DNA of 52,887 nucleotides from a virus (taxonomy: Duplodnaviria; Caudoviricetes): the IMG/VR virus record IMGVR_UViG_3300042549_005911, positions 1 to 52,887 of that record; one strand, 5' to 3'. A program made the position numbers and the translations under genes. The notes beneath the pieces are model-generated. The model had not been told where the DNA came from and ran no database searches. It worked only from the letters and a program-made list of their open reading frames with translations. Below are positions 26,701 through 36,488 of this stretch, piece by piece. Position 1 is the first letter of the stretch; each line of letters opens with the position of its first letter.

Positions 26701-29298
26701 GACACAGAGGCGGTAAAGGCCAACACCAAGCAGCGCGAGCAAGAGATTTCGCTACTTGAAAAAGAGCGAAGCCTTATCGGAATGAACATAAATCTGCGAG
26801 AGCAGGAGCTTGCCGCTTTCCGCGCTCGCCAGCAAAACGAAGGCCGCGCTCCTGACGTTATATTGGCGGCAGAAGACCAAGCTCGCAAAATTGTCCGCAT
26901 TCGTCAAGAAACTGACCAGCTTGATAACTCTTATAAAGAGATGGCCAACATCGGCGTTCGCGCCTTTGAGCAAGTTGGCGACGCCATTACAGAAGCCTTT
27001 GCTAAGGGCGAAATCCGCGCTCTTAACTTCGGCAACGTCATCCGTGGCGTCATGTCGTCCATCGTCCAATCTATCCTGCGCCTTGGTGTTATCAACCCAA
27101 TTATTAATTCGATCTTCTCTGGCACCATGCTCCCGACGCTAGGCGCGGGCCTTTCTATTCTAGGTGGCGGTGGCGCTGCGGCAGCGGGGGCTGCGGGCGC
27201 TGCGGCGGGTGGCGGCGGTATCCTTTCTAGCCTTGGCCAGTTGACAGGCCTTTCGAACCTACTGCCGAGCGGTGGACTCAGTGGCATGATGGCGAGCGCC
27301 AACAGCTATCTGTTTGGCACGCCGGCATCCATGGCTATCGTGGACCCCACAGGCATCCCATCGGCGGTGGCCGGCACTTCGGGCCTTCTCGGCTCTGGCG
27401 GCTCCATGTCGCTGGGGGCTCTCGGCGCCGGGTTTGGCGTTGGCATGTTCACCAACAGCTTGTTGGGTGGAAATCAACTCGGCGGCGGGATCGGGTCGGG
27501 CGTCGGCTCTCTGGCAGGCATGGCGCTTGGCAGTATGATTGGGATGCCATTTCTAGGCGCTATTCTAGGCGGCGCCGCTGGCGGCGGTCTAGGCGGCCTC
27601 ATTGGCCCCAAGCCTTCCAGCAAAGGCTTTAGTTACGCCCTGCGGTCGCAGGACGGACAACTTGCTATGACTGATACGTATTACAACGAACAAGGCCGCG
27701 CTCAGTTCGAGGAAGCAAACACTAAGATACCTGCTATTAACGCATATCTTAGGCAACGCGGCCTCACAGTATCTGGCGTCCGCGCTGTGGGCGGTAATAA
27801 ATATGGCATGGGCAACCTTGGCTACGGCGAAGCGGCAAGTTTCAATGAAGCCCTCGGTTCTCTAAAGTTTGCAGCTACGGCCAACGAAGAATTGAATAAG
27901 GCGCTTTCAACTCGTTCCTTTGCTGGCCCTGAAAAGCTGCAAGAGTTTGTGGACGGCTTTATCGCCCTACAAGACACGATTAAGGGCCTGACTGCGGACC
28001 CCGTGCCTGAGTTCAAGAAGCAGATGGACGCGCTGATTGACTCCTTCGCCCAAGCCACAGCCAAAGCCCGTGAATATGGTATTGGCGAAGAAGAACTGTT
28101 GGCTGCGCGAGATAAGCAAATCGCCAAGCTGGAAGAACAACGTAGTCTGACTATCCGTGATACGGCCCTTGAGATGCATGTGCGTCGCCTCATGGCGGAA
28201 GGCATGGACCAAGAGGCGCAGCGTATCGAGCTTGCTTATAAGACTCAGAAGGAAATCGAATCCTTCACCGCATCGCTTGACGCGCTAGGTATTTCTGCCG
28301 AAGAAAAGTCTCGTCTGCTTGTTGAACTTGAAAGGACACAGGCCGCAGAACGAGTTAAGATTCTGAAGGATGCTAATAAGAACATCCGTGATTATCTTGA
28401 CTCGCTTCGCACCAGCAGCCCGCTGTCGGGCACAACGACCATGGGGCGCCTCGGCGCCGCGCAAGAACTATTTAACCGCGACTTGGCGGCGGCCCAAACA
28501 GGCAACGTGGATGCGCTTAATCGCATCACGCAATCGGCAGACACGCTCCTCAATCTAGCTCGCGAAGTGTATGCCTCTACAGGCGGCTTCCACGATATCC
28601 GTGGCCGCGTTGTCTCGGGTCTAGAATCGCTCGCTACCACGCCTATGTCCCAGCAGAGCCTTCCTGATTTGGCGAGTGTGCCCTTGGTCGCAGAAATGAC
28701 CAACCTACGCACCAACGCCGCGATTGCCGAGACGGCAGAATACACGAAGCGGTTTGATAGCAAGTTGGCTGAGTTGCTGCCAATCGCACAGGCGATCCAG
28801 GCTGCGGTGGAGCAGGCAAACCAAAACACGTCAACTTCTTCAGGAAGCGTAGGTTTTGGGGATTATGCGGGGCCAGATTCCAATTCAAGTGGGAGTTTCG
28901 GTGGAAGCATAGAATCACAAGGGGCGATGCCTGCCGCACTAGGCGCTGTCATGAAATATGGCCGCGTCATGGCCTACGCCAACGGCGGCATCCCCGACTA
29001 CGTAAATAGCCCCACGCTTGCACCTATGGCCCTCTTTGGCGAAGCAGGCCCCGAAGCTATTATGCCGCTTCGCCGTGGCCCTGACGGACGCCTTGGCGTT
29101 GAGGTCAACGGTTCTGATAATCAAGCCGTTGTCTCTGAATTGCGCGCAGTCCGCGATGAGATTGTCTCGCTCCGTGAGGCTACAGTGGATTCGGATGGCA
29201 ACGAAAGCACAGGGCTAGTTGAAGCCATTGCTGAACTTCGAGTACAGGTAGGAGGGCTTCGTGAAGAACTCCGCACGGCTCGTCTGAGGGCGCAATGA
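23701..29298 (+). CDS. Tape measure protein (1865 aa)
   Basis: Long Ala-rich helical ORF; tape-measure motif ALEQSMSKGKFMAEEVRNQMGDRLP; C-terminal GEAGPEAIMPL. Confidence 0.95.
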   Translation: MSDSVANLTVKVDTKSVSAAVQALDKLAAVAAKVEESLKGIGGKAPGLGRGAGGAEEGAKKSERALAKMEKRLEDGAKKYEQITRLVNKYALSEGMRADTMNRVNRAFEQYNRVAGNVNATTIQMDRATRRYNQAIEQTKTGIDSVIKLENQRNAERRKSEREQDAATKAAEKARQQEIKDTRALERVLQQAQTRVSGISLRASRQTPLEQAFRIDDSAQRALNQYASTLKQYGTGSLQAETASGKFNRSMQALSNEIAKTGGLLTRVSDNARVFSAAFGAANASLGGFSRVAFNTSAALSALSGTLALREIIQAGLEIDKFVNTLKTVSEGSLGFQRNLNFLFEEANRVGFAVGDVGNSFARLSLAMKGAGFQGAETREVFSELVAASRNFGLSSAETMGVIRALEQSMSKGKFMAEEVRNQMGDRLPVAMAALERAVTKVDGKQSDLNKRFEEGTIDTKRYAVEFVRQIYAMSGGAETLNRTSQSVGSAFGRLTTELTKTNMLFKEAGFDEALISTTDQIRKLIETARESGAVEVLAKSLVTLANNLDLVAGALTAFAAVGFVRILTALASKWVAIGLAVAAVGAGIAGLMRGPARDLDQFDKTVKQFDKTYANLSERINAVNASLISGTSRAASSAESDFEKLITSYRKLGYEASKALVMALKVQEEEAKRSVKELETRIEEAQNRLSSIMPKAEFFQVVSFLQTAAGALPAYNTQILKAVENLNTWYESVKKGEMPLADFVEKLSKIQSEMQVIIEKTPDGSGALSAFSNAAANFIKIIQSPVNLQNIGNAISEVLRLTGLLGTAQQGLQSLTSLRQNIEGGRPLEAIPPVENLPMAPGSRTRLNFSGYVSVKEAQDLKAGEQVLQDAYRRTNKDAKAVVNTTLYLEQVREAARLGDVNAIKIYADYNAALAKNDTKITGTEKSLRKYTETLQIELDTHQGLLEAYKQSTLAGDDMEVQIKAQTKALDYGTKGSIEYKNALAAILPLMRQRSDQEKDTEAVKANTKQREQEISLLEKERSLIGMNINLREQELAAFRARQQNEGRAPDVILAAEDQARKIVRIRQETDQLDNSYKEMANIGVRAFEQVGDAITEAFAKGEIRALNFGNVIRGVMSSIVQSILRLGVINPIINSIFSGTMLPTLGAGLSILGGGGAAAAGAAGAAAGGGGILSSLGQLTGLSNLLPSGGLSGMMASANSYLFGTPASMAIVDPTGIPSAVAGTSGLLGSGGSMSLGALGAGFGVGMFTNSLLGGNQLGGGIGSGVGSLAGMALGSMIGMPFLGAILGGAAGGGLGGLIGPKPSSKGFSYALRSQDGQLAMTDTYYNEQGRAQFEEANTKIPAINAYLRQRGLTVSGVRAVGGNKYGMGNLGYGEAASFNEALGSLKFAATANEELNKALSTRSFAGPEKLQEFVDGFIALQDTIKGLTADPVPEFKKQMDALIDSFAQATAKAREYGIGEEELLAARDKQIAKLEEQRSLTIRDTALEMHVRRLMAEGMDQEAQRIELAYKTQKEIESFTASLDALGISAEEKSRLLVELERTQAAERVKILKDANKNIRDYLDSLRTSSPLSGTTTMGRLGAAQELFNRDLAAAQTGNVDALNRITQSADTLLNLAREVYASTGGFHDIRGRVVSGLESLATTPMSQQSLPDLASVPLVAEMTNLRTNAAIAETAEYTKRFDSKLAELLPIAQAIQAAVEQANQNTSTSSGSVGFGDYAGPDSNSSGSFGGSIESQGAMPAALGAVMKYGRVMAYANGGIPDYVNSPTLAPMALFGEAGPEAIMPLRRGPDGRLGVEVNGSDNQAVVSELRAVRDEIVSLREATVDSDGNESTGLVEAIAELRVQVGGLREELRTARLRAQ

Positions 29299-30932
29299 GC
29301 GTAACTATTACGGCGGCTAGCGCCGCGATTGAAGAATCTGTTTGGCTTATCGAGATCAACCCTGACCCGCAAGGTGTCGGTGATCCTCGTCCACCCCCGT
29401 TATTTATGCCCTCCGGTGCCCCTATGGCAGCGATAGATACGCGAGGCTCCTCGGTTGCAACAGCGCCAACCATCGTGGCCTCTGACCGTGGCTGGGTGCA
29501 GGAGCCCGGTGACACTGGCACCATCGCCGTCTACCCCCCTCGTATGCTCGAACCCCCTGCGGTCGAACGGTTTATCCCTGTCTATCCCGGCGAGGGCAGG
29601 CGCGCTCAAATAGAATCGGGCGAATTGCGTTTCTCCAATACGGACGGCGCGCTAGATACCATTGCGGGTGAATGGGCGGTGGCAGGGCGCCGGGTTAAAC
29701 TGACCAGGGCACCCCACAGGCGCCCCACACACGCCCCACGATCCACTTGGGTAGAAGTCGCATCCCTTCGCGCCTCAGAAGCCTTCGAGGGCACTGACAC
29801 CCTGCGTATGCCTCTGCGTTCGGCTGCTGCTGACTTACAGACCACCGCCAATTCCCTTTACACAGGCACGGGCGGGACGGAAGGCAGCGTCGGCCTTGAA
29901 GGCGTATCTAAGCCTCGGATTTTTGGCTTTGTGCGGAACATGCAGCCTGTTCTCATAGATGATGTGAACAGAATATACCAATTACATGACGGGGCGGTTC
30001 AACAAATTGTAGCGGTAAGGGATAGTGGCTTAGACCTCGTATTCCATGCGGACGTAAGTTCATACGCGTCCTTGGTTGTGGAAAGCCCTGGCGCGGGCAA
30101 ATACGCTTCATATAAAGGCGGCGGATTTATTAAACTTCACGACGATCCTATCTTTTTAACTTCGGACGTGCGTGGAGAGACGGACGGGGGCTACGTCTCT
30201 ACGGCGAGCCACGTCGCCGCGCAAATCTTGCGTGTGGTCGGAGGGGTAGCGAGCGCCACTGCTTCTTCGTTTACGGCATGGCCTCAAGAAGAGGTAGGCA
30301 TCATCGTTCGGGAAGGCACAGTCGAAGACGCCATGAACCAACTGGCCGCAGGTCTTGGTTCCGCATGGTGGGGCGCTAATACACTCGGCCAGTTTGAAGG
30401 CAGCATAATCTACGCCCCCGTCGCCACCGCATCTACTATCGCTATTGAACCATATATGCAGTTGAGCGCACCTGAAGAAACGTCAGGTTCCACGCCCCCT
30501 TGGTGGCGGATAAAGGTGTCATATCAAGAAATCGAGACGACGCAAGAAGGCGGGGATATAGCCACAGCGGCTTCCACTCATATACAAGAATATTACGGAA
30601 AGAAACGCCGCTTCGCTGTTGCTTCTGATATTACGGTTAGAACCCGATATCCCTTGGCAGTAGACGGGCCTGAATTGCCCGGAGTTTTAGATTCCAAAGC
30701 TGCCGCGTCTACATTGGCTCAGTCTTTGCTAGAAATTTATAAAGTGCCACGGCGCACATGGTCCGCGCGTGTCGGTCCTAGAGCGGGTGGTCTTAATTGG
30801 TGGACTATTCCAATAGGCACAACAGTTACGCTAAGGTGGCCCGGCATCCCTACGTTGGCAAACGGAAAGGCTTTTATTGTGCGCGGTATCTCTGCTAGAG
30901 GCGACTACGCCGAGTTGGAGTTGTGGGGTTAA
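29295..30932 (+). CDS. Tail tip/hub protein
   Basis: Coupled to the tape measure gene; YTGTGGTEG, KPRIFGFVRN, YQLHDG. Confidence 0.75.
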   Translation: MSVTITAASAAIEESVWLIEINPDPQGVGDPRPPPLFMPSGAPMAAIDTRGSSVATAPTIVASDRGWVQEPGDTGTIAVYPPRMLEPPAVERFIPVYPGEGRRAQIESGELRFSNTDGALDTIAGEWAVAGRRVKLTRAPHRRPTHAPRSTWVEVASLRASEAFEGTDTLRMPLRSAAADLQTTANSLYTGTGGTEGSVGLEGVSKPRIFGFVRNMQPVLIDDVNRIYQLHDGAVQQIVAVRDSGLDLVFHADVSSYASLVVESPGAGKYASYKGGGFIKLHDDPIFLTSDVRGETDGGYVSTASHVAAQILRVVGGVASATASSFTAWPQEEVGIIVREGTVEDAMNQLAAGLGSAWWGANTLGQFEGSIIYAPVATASTIAIEPYMQLSAPEETSGSTPPWWRIKVSYQEIETTQEGGDIATAASTHIQEYYGKKRRFAVASDITVRTRYPLAVDGPELPGVLDSKAAASTLAQSLLEIYKVPRRTWSARVGPRAGGLNWWTIPIGTTVTLRWPGIPTLANGKAFIVRGISARGDYAELELWG

Positions 30933-31729
30933 TGGGCGCTGTTCTCTCATGGAAAAATTGGGCGGAGCAAAGTGGTTCTTCGCTGACTGTTTCCAGCGAA
31001 GCCACAGGGCTTGGGCCGCGTGGTATGCTTACGTCACAGGTGCAGAATTATTGGCGTAGTGGCGATTGGAAACAATTTGCAGATGTTGTCATAGACCTTG
31101 ATTTTGGCGTCAGTAGGGCGGTCAAAGTCATTGCATTTGCAGCGCCCCGCGACGGTGCTTTACCCCCGTCTGGTGCCACCGTTGCTATTAGAGCAAGCGT
31201 TTCAAGCCAAAGCGGCACAGATGCCCTTAACCTTACTGCAACTAGTTTTACGCTTAATCCTTGGGGTGTGTGGGGTTGGCGGTCTGCAACAGGCATCACA
31301 GCGCGCTATGTGCGTTTGACTTTTGAAAGCCCCGTGCCCCCGCTGTCCTCAGAAAATAGTTATTTGCAGCTTGGCAGACTGTGGGTTGGCGACGGCCTAG
31401 TAACTACTGACTCTTACGCTTATGGCCATGCTCGCTCTTTCCGTGATCCTGGCCTTTCAAGCAGGGCAGGGCTGACCGGCGTCCGTTATGCCACGCGAGG
31501 TTTGCCTTACCGCGTAGAGCGGATTGCTTTCCCTATTTTGACTGAAAGCGAAGCCTCAAGTATCATTACAGCTTCAAGCGAAGTAGGGACAACCGGGCAA
31601 GTATTTTTTGCTCGTGAAGAAGACTATCTTGGCGAAGGGTTATTTGGTCAATTTTCGGACGTGCCTGTGGTAAATCGAGAATTGGAAGATTTGTGGACAA
31701 CCGATTTTCAGATCGAGGAAGATAACTAA
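30932..31729 (+). CDS. Minor tail protein
   Basis: TAATG coupling; ARYVRLTF...YLQLGRLWVG. Confidence 0.7.
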   Translation: MGAVLSWKNWAEQSGSSLTVSSEATGLGPRGMLTSQVQNYWRSGDWKQFADVVIDLDFGVSRAVKVIAFAAPRDGALPPSGATVAIRASVSSQSGTDALNLTATSFTLNPWGVWGWRSATGITARYVRLTFESPVPPLSSENSYLQLGRLWVGDGLVTTDSYAYGHARSFRDPGLSSRAGLTGVRYATRGLPYRVERIAFPILTESEASSIITASSEVGTTGQVFFAREEDYLGEGLFGQFSDVPVVNRELEDLWTTDFQIEEDN

Positions 31730-32925
31730 TGGGCGTCCCTGTTAATGTTGGTGATCGAGTTCTCGTCGCAACAGGCACTGCGGGCACAGGGGCTTACGAT
31801 CTAGGCGCTGCTGTGGGTGGATACCTGACACCTGCTTTAGCCGGTGTGGTTTCTGGCTCTCGCGTTTCTTACGTAGTCGTGGACAGCCTTTTGAGCCCTT
31901 CGCTTTTTGAAATTGGCGAAGGCACTTATACCTCTGCGGCCATACCAACCGTAAGCCGAACACTTATTGTCCGCAACAACACAGGGGGCACTTCGGCTGT
32001 CAGTTGGTCCTCTGGCACAAAGTATCTGTTCTTTGCCCCGTCAGCTTCTCGCTTTGTCATGTATGACAGCGATGGCGGCATGACTCTCAATACACATCTT
32101 ACCCTTGTAAGTGGCGCAGCAGCTTCGGTTGCGGTCTCGACACCGGGGGACCGCAACACGGGGCTGTTTTTCCCCGGTCCTGACCGTGTGGCGCTTGCCA
32201 CAAACGGCTCTAGCCGACTTGAATTTAACGAAACGGGTGCTGCCTTATTTAACAGTAGCCACGGCACGAGCGGGCAAATCCTCCGCACGAACGGGTCTAC
32301 TTCTGCGCCTACTTGGGCCTCGCTTACAGCCGCAAACGTGGGTGCGGTTGATAAAACGGGCGACACTATGACAGGCCCCCTATACGTCTCTGGCACCGCT
32401 GGCGTCTTTGGTGGTGCGGCCACAGAACGGATTTTCTCTTGGGCGACTGGCGCTACCACGCGGTTCCAAGCTGTAGTTACCAATGCAGCGGAGTCGGGAT
32501 CAAACGCGGGTAGTAACTTTGCCTTGCGAGCATTCAGTGACGCGGGTGCATCACTAGGCGATGTGTTTGAAGTCACGCGTTCTAACCGCAAGGTAGATTT
32601 CAAACAAAACCCGTCTATCAACGGTAGTGAGGTCATAAAGGCCTCTGACTTTGTGACCAACGCAAGCACTACGGGGAGCATGACCTTCCCGAATGGTATC
32701 ATCCTGAAATGGGGAGGAGGGTCTACATCAGGCGGCACGGCGACCATCACATACGCGACTGCTTTTCCTACTGCTACCTTACGTGTCCATCTTACACTTT
32801 CAGGGACCGGGCCAGCAACTGCCAACTCAATAATAGTGGATACTAACCCTTCTAGGACAGCGTTTAACGCTTATAGCCCTGCCGGAGTTGCTTACGGTTT
32901 TAACTGGTTGGCTATAGGCATCTGA
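31729..32925 (+). CDS. Tail fibre/receptor-binding protein
   Basis: DRV...TAGTG N-terminus, NTGLFFPGPD, VDKTGDTMTG, C-terminal FPNGIILKWG...AFPT...WLAIG. Confidence 0.8.
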   Translation: MGVPVNVGDRVLVATGTAGTGAYDLGAAVGGYLTPALAGVVSGSRVSYVVVDSLLSPSLFEIGEGTYTSAAIPTVSRTLIVRNNTGGTSAVSWSSGTKYLFFAPSASRFVMYDSDGGMTLNTHLTLVSGAAASVAVSTPGDRNTGLFFPGPDRVALATNGSSRLEFNETGAALFNSSHGTSGQILRTNGSTSAPTWASLTAANVGAVDKTGDTMTGPLYVSGTAGVFGGAATERIFSWATGATTRFQAVVTNAAESGSNAGSNFALRAFSDAGASLGDVFEVTRSNRKVDFKQNPSINGSEVIKASDFVTNASTTGSMTFPNGIILKWGGGSTSGGTATITYATAFPTATLRVHLTLSGTGPATANSIIVDTNPSRTAFNAYSPAGVAYGFNWLAIGI

Positions 32926-33299
32926 TGCTCAGTCTCGTACCCTCTTTTTTAACCCTACCAGTATTGCTAGTCAGTCTTGTATCCGGCGGATATATCTGGC
33001 TCAAGTTTCTCCACGAACCGGCTATCCGGCGTGAGTATGCCACAGAACTTTCTATCCTAGTTGCTCAAGAGCGGGCACGCTTGCAGGAAGAATCTCAGGT
33101 CACTTTGGAAGCATACCATAAGACTCAGCAAGAGCGTCAACAGGCTGTGACCGTTATTCGAGAAGGGGTTGCCCGTGCGCCACAATCCATCTCCTGCGTT
33201 TCTTCTCCTGCTATGCGGGCTGCTCTTGACGGCCTGCGCGGGGCCTCCGCAAGCCCTCCTACGCCAGCCAATCCCGCAAAGCCTCCTCACGTGCCCTGA
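32925..33299 (+). CDS. Inner-membrane spanin (Rz-like)
   Basis: N-terminal TM helix followed by a coiled coil; overlaps a lipoprotein ORF. Confidence 0.7.
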   Translation: MLSLVPSFLTLPVLLVSLVSGGYIWLKFLHEPAIRREYATELSILVAQERARLQEESQVTLEAYHKTQQERQQAVTVIREGVARAPQSISCVSSPAMRAALDGLRGASASPPTPANPAKPPHVP

Positions 33300-33426
33300 C
33301 GTGCCTAAACCCGCTGAGCGCATGTCTGACACCGAACTCGCATACTGGATTTTAGAACTAAACTCTGTTGCTGCCGAATGTCGTGATAAACTCACCCGTG
33401 TGAAGGAGCTTCTTGCTCATGAGTAA
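33169..33426 (+). CDS. Outer-membrane spanin lipoprotein (Rz1-like)
   Basis: Lipobox LLLTAC, Pro-rich PIPQSLLTCP; overlaps the Rz-like gene in another frame. Confidence 0.75.
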   Translation: MPVRHNPSPAFLLLLCGLLLTACAGPPQALLRQPIPQSLLTCPDVPKPAERMSDTELAYWILELNSVAAECRDKLTRVKELLAHE

Positions 33427-33646
33427 CGAGATCGCCAAGCCTGGGGAATGGAAACGCAGGCGCCGGATTATCCACGCCACTCTTTCGTATTGCGCTCTTG
33501 CCGTTCCGGCGTTGACCGTTTGGAGCCCTGATAGTAATTTGACGCACCAGACGGTCCTTGCCTTGATTGGTTTGTCAGGTGCAGTCATCGGTAGTTATGT
33601 GTTCGGCGCCGTGTTCGATGACGCCAACGCCCGTAAAAACCAATAA
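33419..33646 (+). CDS. Holin-like membrane protein (2 TM)
   Basis: WKRRRR followed by two hydrophobic helices, GSYVFGA; in the lysis cluster. Confidence 0.6.
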   Translation: MSNEIAKPGEWKRRRRIIHATLSYCALAVPALTVWSPDSNLTHQTVLALIGLSGAVIGSYVFGAVFDDANARKNQ

Positions 33647-33727
33647 ATCCCCGTTGTATTGATCGGCCTTGCGCTTTTAGGTTATACCTGTTCCCCTTGC
33701 TTGTCGCCAAACGAGGAGCGCAGCGCC

Positions 33728-34033
33728 ATGCCTATTGATGATCTAGGAGTAAGGGATTTGGCGACGCATGGCGCAGTTGCAGGGGCCATGGGTATCCTAG
33801 GTCGCCTTTTAGCTCTTGCTACCTCAGCCCGCAGACCGAGTGGTTGGAACCTACTTTGGGAAATCCCTCTCGCCATTGCCATGGGTGTTATCGGTAAAGG
33901 CATCGCTGACTATTTTGTTTTAACCGGATTTCCAAATTTCGCAGTCATCATCGCCGTGTCATACTCCGGTCCTCGGATTATTGATATCATGCTGTCGCGC
34001 TACAACGAGGGTAAGTCTCTTAAAATCACATGA
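33728..34033 (+). CDS. Holin-like membrane protein (3 TM)
   Basis: GAGGAG RBS; three hydrophobic segments; coupled to the endolysin. Confidence 0.65.
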   Translation: MPIDDLGVRDLATHGAVAGAMGILGRLLALATSARRPSGWNLLWEIPLAIAMGVIGKGIADYFVLTGFPNFAVIIAVSYSGPRIIDIMLSRYNEGKSLKIT

Positions 34034-34506
34034 CATCTTTTGACAAGGCTTTTGAGATTCTGATTGGCCATGAAGGCGGCTATGTAAATGATTCGGCCGA
34101 CCGAGGCGGTGAAACGAAATACGGCATCAGCAAACGGGCATACCCGCATATCGACATTGCTAATCTGACGCTTGCTCAGGCCAAGGAAATCTACCGGACT
34201 GATTATTGGGACAAGGTAAAATGTTCTTCACTGCCGCCAGACTTGGCCCTTCTTGTCTTTGACGCAGCGGTGAATAACGGGGTGGGTGCCGCTTCTCGGT
34301 GGCTTCAAGGGGCCGCAAATGTAGCAGTTGACGGGGCTATCGGGCCTAAAACTATCGCCGCGTCGTTTTCTAGTGGCGTGGCAGAACGCTTCCATGCTGT
34401 GCGCGTTGACGCAATGACCAAAATGCCTACGTGGCCCAATCACGGTCGCGGATGGGCGAAGCGATTAGCGTCGTTGCCTTTTAATGCGGCAGAGATGTTG
34501 AAGTAA
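34030..34506 (+). CDS. Endolysin, glycoside hydrolase family 108
   Basis: HEGGYVND..DRGGETKYGIS, FDAAVNNG, DGAIGPKT, GRGWAKR. Confidence 0.93.
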   Translation: MTSFDKAFEILIGHEGGYVNDSADRGGETKYGISKRAYPHIDIANLTLAQAKEIYRTDYWDKVKCSSLPPDLALLVFDAAVNNGVGAASRWLQGAANVAVDGAIGPKTIAASFSSGVAERFHAVRVDAMTKMPTWPNHGRGWAKRLASLPFNAAEMLK

Positions 34507-34520
34507 AACAGGGGTTTTGA

Positions 34521-35522
34521 GTGCAAGTCACGTCAGCCGAAGACTTCGCCCGCATTTGGGTTGAAAATGGTTTTTCCCCTACCCAAACGGCTAAAGCTCT
34601 TGGCATTCATATCCGCAACGTCCATGCAAGGCGCAGCAAGCTGGAAGCTCTTGGATACGTGCTTCCCACTATTACCGACGATCTGACTGAACGAGACACC
34701 GCATACCCTTTGCGGGAAAACCACTTTATTGAAGACGGCACCGCAGTCATTGTGAGCGACCGCCACAAGTGGCCCGGAGATGGCGTAACCGCCGCAGAAG
34801 CAGCCCTCTATACCCTTCTGCCCACCTTACGGCCTGACTTCTTTGTGATGAATGGCGACCTCTTTGACGGCGCCGGTCTTTCTCGTCATCCGCCTTTGGG
34901 TTGGGAGCGCAAGCCCGATGTGAAGTCAGAACTTGAGGCTTGCCAAGAAGTTCTTGCCAATATTGAAGGGCTTTTGCTGCCGGGGACGCCAAAGTTCTAT
35001 ACGGTCGGCAACCACTGCCGACGATTTGATTATAAGTTGGCGCTGACGGCTTCAGACTATAAGGGTATCAGCGGCTTTCGCCTCCACGATCATTTCGCAA
35101 ATTGGAAAATGTCGTGGTCCTTGCACGTCAATGCAAACATTCTTGGTGGGCACACAGTTATCAAGCATAAGCATCGCCAAGGGGTCGGTGCTGCCCGCAA
35201 TAACGCCGCAGTGGCGGGCGTGACTATGGTGACAGGGCATACCCATGCCCTGACGGTGACGCCTATTGAGGACTATAGGGGACGGCGGTGGGGTGTGGAG
35301 TGCGGCTTCCTAAGCCACAAACGCCACGCCGCTTTTGAGTATGCCGAAGACGGGCCTTCCTACTCGCGGCCCGGGTTTGCCGTATTGACATGGCGCGGTG
35401 GTGTGCTATTACCCCCTGAGTTGGTTGAGGTAGATGACGCTGGCGTTGCTTGGTTCAGAGGCGATGCAGTGGCCGTAAATAAACCACGAGTGAGGGTGAG
35501 AGCAAACTATGGAAAAGTTTAA
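34521..35522 (+). CDS. Calcineurin-like metallophosphoesterase with N-terminal HTH
   Basis: SDRH, NGDLFD, GNH, GHTH motifs. Confidence 0.88.
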   Translation: MQVTSAEDFARIWVENGFSPTQTAKALGIHIRNVHARRSKLEALGYVLPTITDDLTERDTAYPLRENHFIEDGTAVIVSDRHKWPGDGVTAAEAALYTLLPTLRPDFFVMNGDLFDGAGLSRHPPLGWERKPDVKSELEACQEVLANIEGLLLPGTPKFYTVGNHCRRFDYKLALTASDYKGISGFRLHDHFANWKMSWSLHVNANILGGHTVIKHKHRQGVGAARNNAAVAGVTMVTGHTHALTVTPIEDYRGRRWGVECGFLSHKRHAAFEYAEDGPSYSRPGFAVLTWRGGVLLPPELVEVDDAGVAWFRGDAVAVNKPRVRVRANYGKV

Positions 35523-36150
35523 GCCGGTTCCGGTTATTGGCCTTTATAGCCCCTACATGCAAGCAGGCAAAAGCACGCTTGCAGAAGCGCTGATCTATGA
35601 ACGCGGCTTCACACGGATCAAGATGGCTGATGGCCTAAAGGCTATGTTGAGGGGTCTTTTGGCTTATCAGGGCCTTAATGACGAAGGGATCACTCGGCGC
35701 ATTGAGGGTTCTGCCAAGGGAGAAGCCTCGCCTTGGCTCTCTGGCCATACGCCGCGTTATGCTATGCAGACGCTAGGGACGCAGTGGGCGCGTGATTGCA
35801 TGGGTGAAGATTTTTGGGTTGAAGTGGCTTATTCAAAAATCCATACGTCTATTGCCTCGGGCATTCCGGTCGTCATTGACGATATCCGATTTGAGAACGA
35901 ATACGACATGGTGCAAGGGTTCTCGATGGGTCTTATGGTTAAGATCACTCGGCCAGACGCAGACCCTCAGGCCAACATGCCTTGGTGGAGGAAGGCCATT
36001 ACTAAAAAGCCGCGAAGCGAAGGCAACTTGAATAAAATGCAATTTGACCTGTCATTCGTGAATGATTTTTCTGACGCCAAAGCGTTCACCAAGAACGCGA
36101 TGGATAAGATTGACCAATATCTTTGGGACTGCGGCTACAAGCCGCGCTGA
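35509..36150 (+). CDS. Deoxynucleoside monophosphate kinase
   Basis: AGKST, ADGLK, TPRYAMQTLGTQWAR, VVIDDIRFENE. Confidence 0.88.
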   Translation: MEKFKPVPVIGLYSPYMQAGKSTLAEALIYERGFTRIKMADGLKAMLRGLLAYQGLNDEGITRRIEGSAKGEASPWLSGHTPRYAMQTLGTQWARDCMGEDFWVEVAYSKIHTSIASGIPVVIDDIRFENEYDMVQGFSMGLMVKITRPDADPQANMPWWRKAITKKPRSEGNLNKMQFDLSFVNDFSDAKAFTKNAMDKIDQYLWDCGYKPR

Positions 36151-36161
36151 GAGGATAGTAT

Positions 36162-36398
36162 ATGCCCCGCAAGAAGCAGGAAGTCGCTAGGTCGCAGTTG
36201 ATGGCGCAGGCAGAGCGCCTTGCTGAAATTGGCGTTGCCAAGGCTGCCATTGTCTTTTTTGACAATGATGGCGACATGGGAATGTGCTTTGCGGGTGGCA
36301 TCAGCAATATGGAGCTTGTGTTCGCTTTTGAACAGGCCAAGATGGCAGTGTTAAATGGCGAGCATGAAGACGACGAGGACGATGACGAAGAAGGGTAA
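36162..36398 (+). CDS. Hypothetical protein with acidic tail
   Basis: GAGGA RBS; its stop codon overlaps the tRNA 5' end. Confidence 0.65.
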   Translation: MPRKKQEVARSQLMAQAERLAEIGVAKAAIVFFDNDGDMGMCFAGGISNMELVFAFEQAKMAVLNGEHEDDEDDDEEG

Positions 36399-36471
36399 GC
36401 GTAGCTTAATCAGGTAGAGCGGCCTGCTCATAACAGGCTGGGTGCGGGTTCGAGTCCTGCCGCTTACACCA
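36395..36471 (+). tRNA. tRNA with CAT anticodon (elongator Met or Ile2)
   Basis: Acceptor GTAAGCG/CGCTTAC, anticodon arm GCCTG-CTCATAA-CAGGC, T arm GCGGG-TTCGAGT-CCTGC, encoded CCA. Lacks initiator features. Confidence 0.92.
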
Positions 36472-36488
36472 AAACTAAAGGCACAAGA

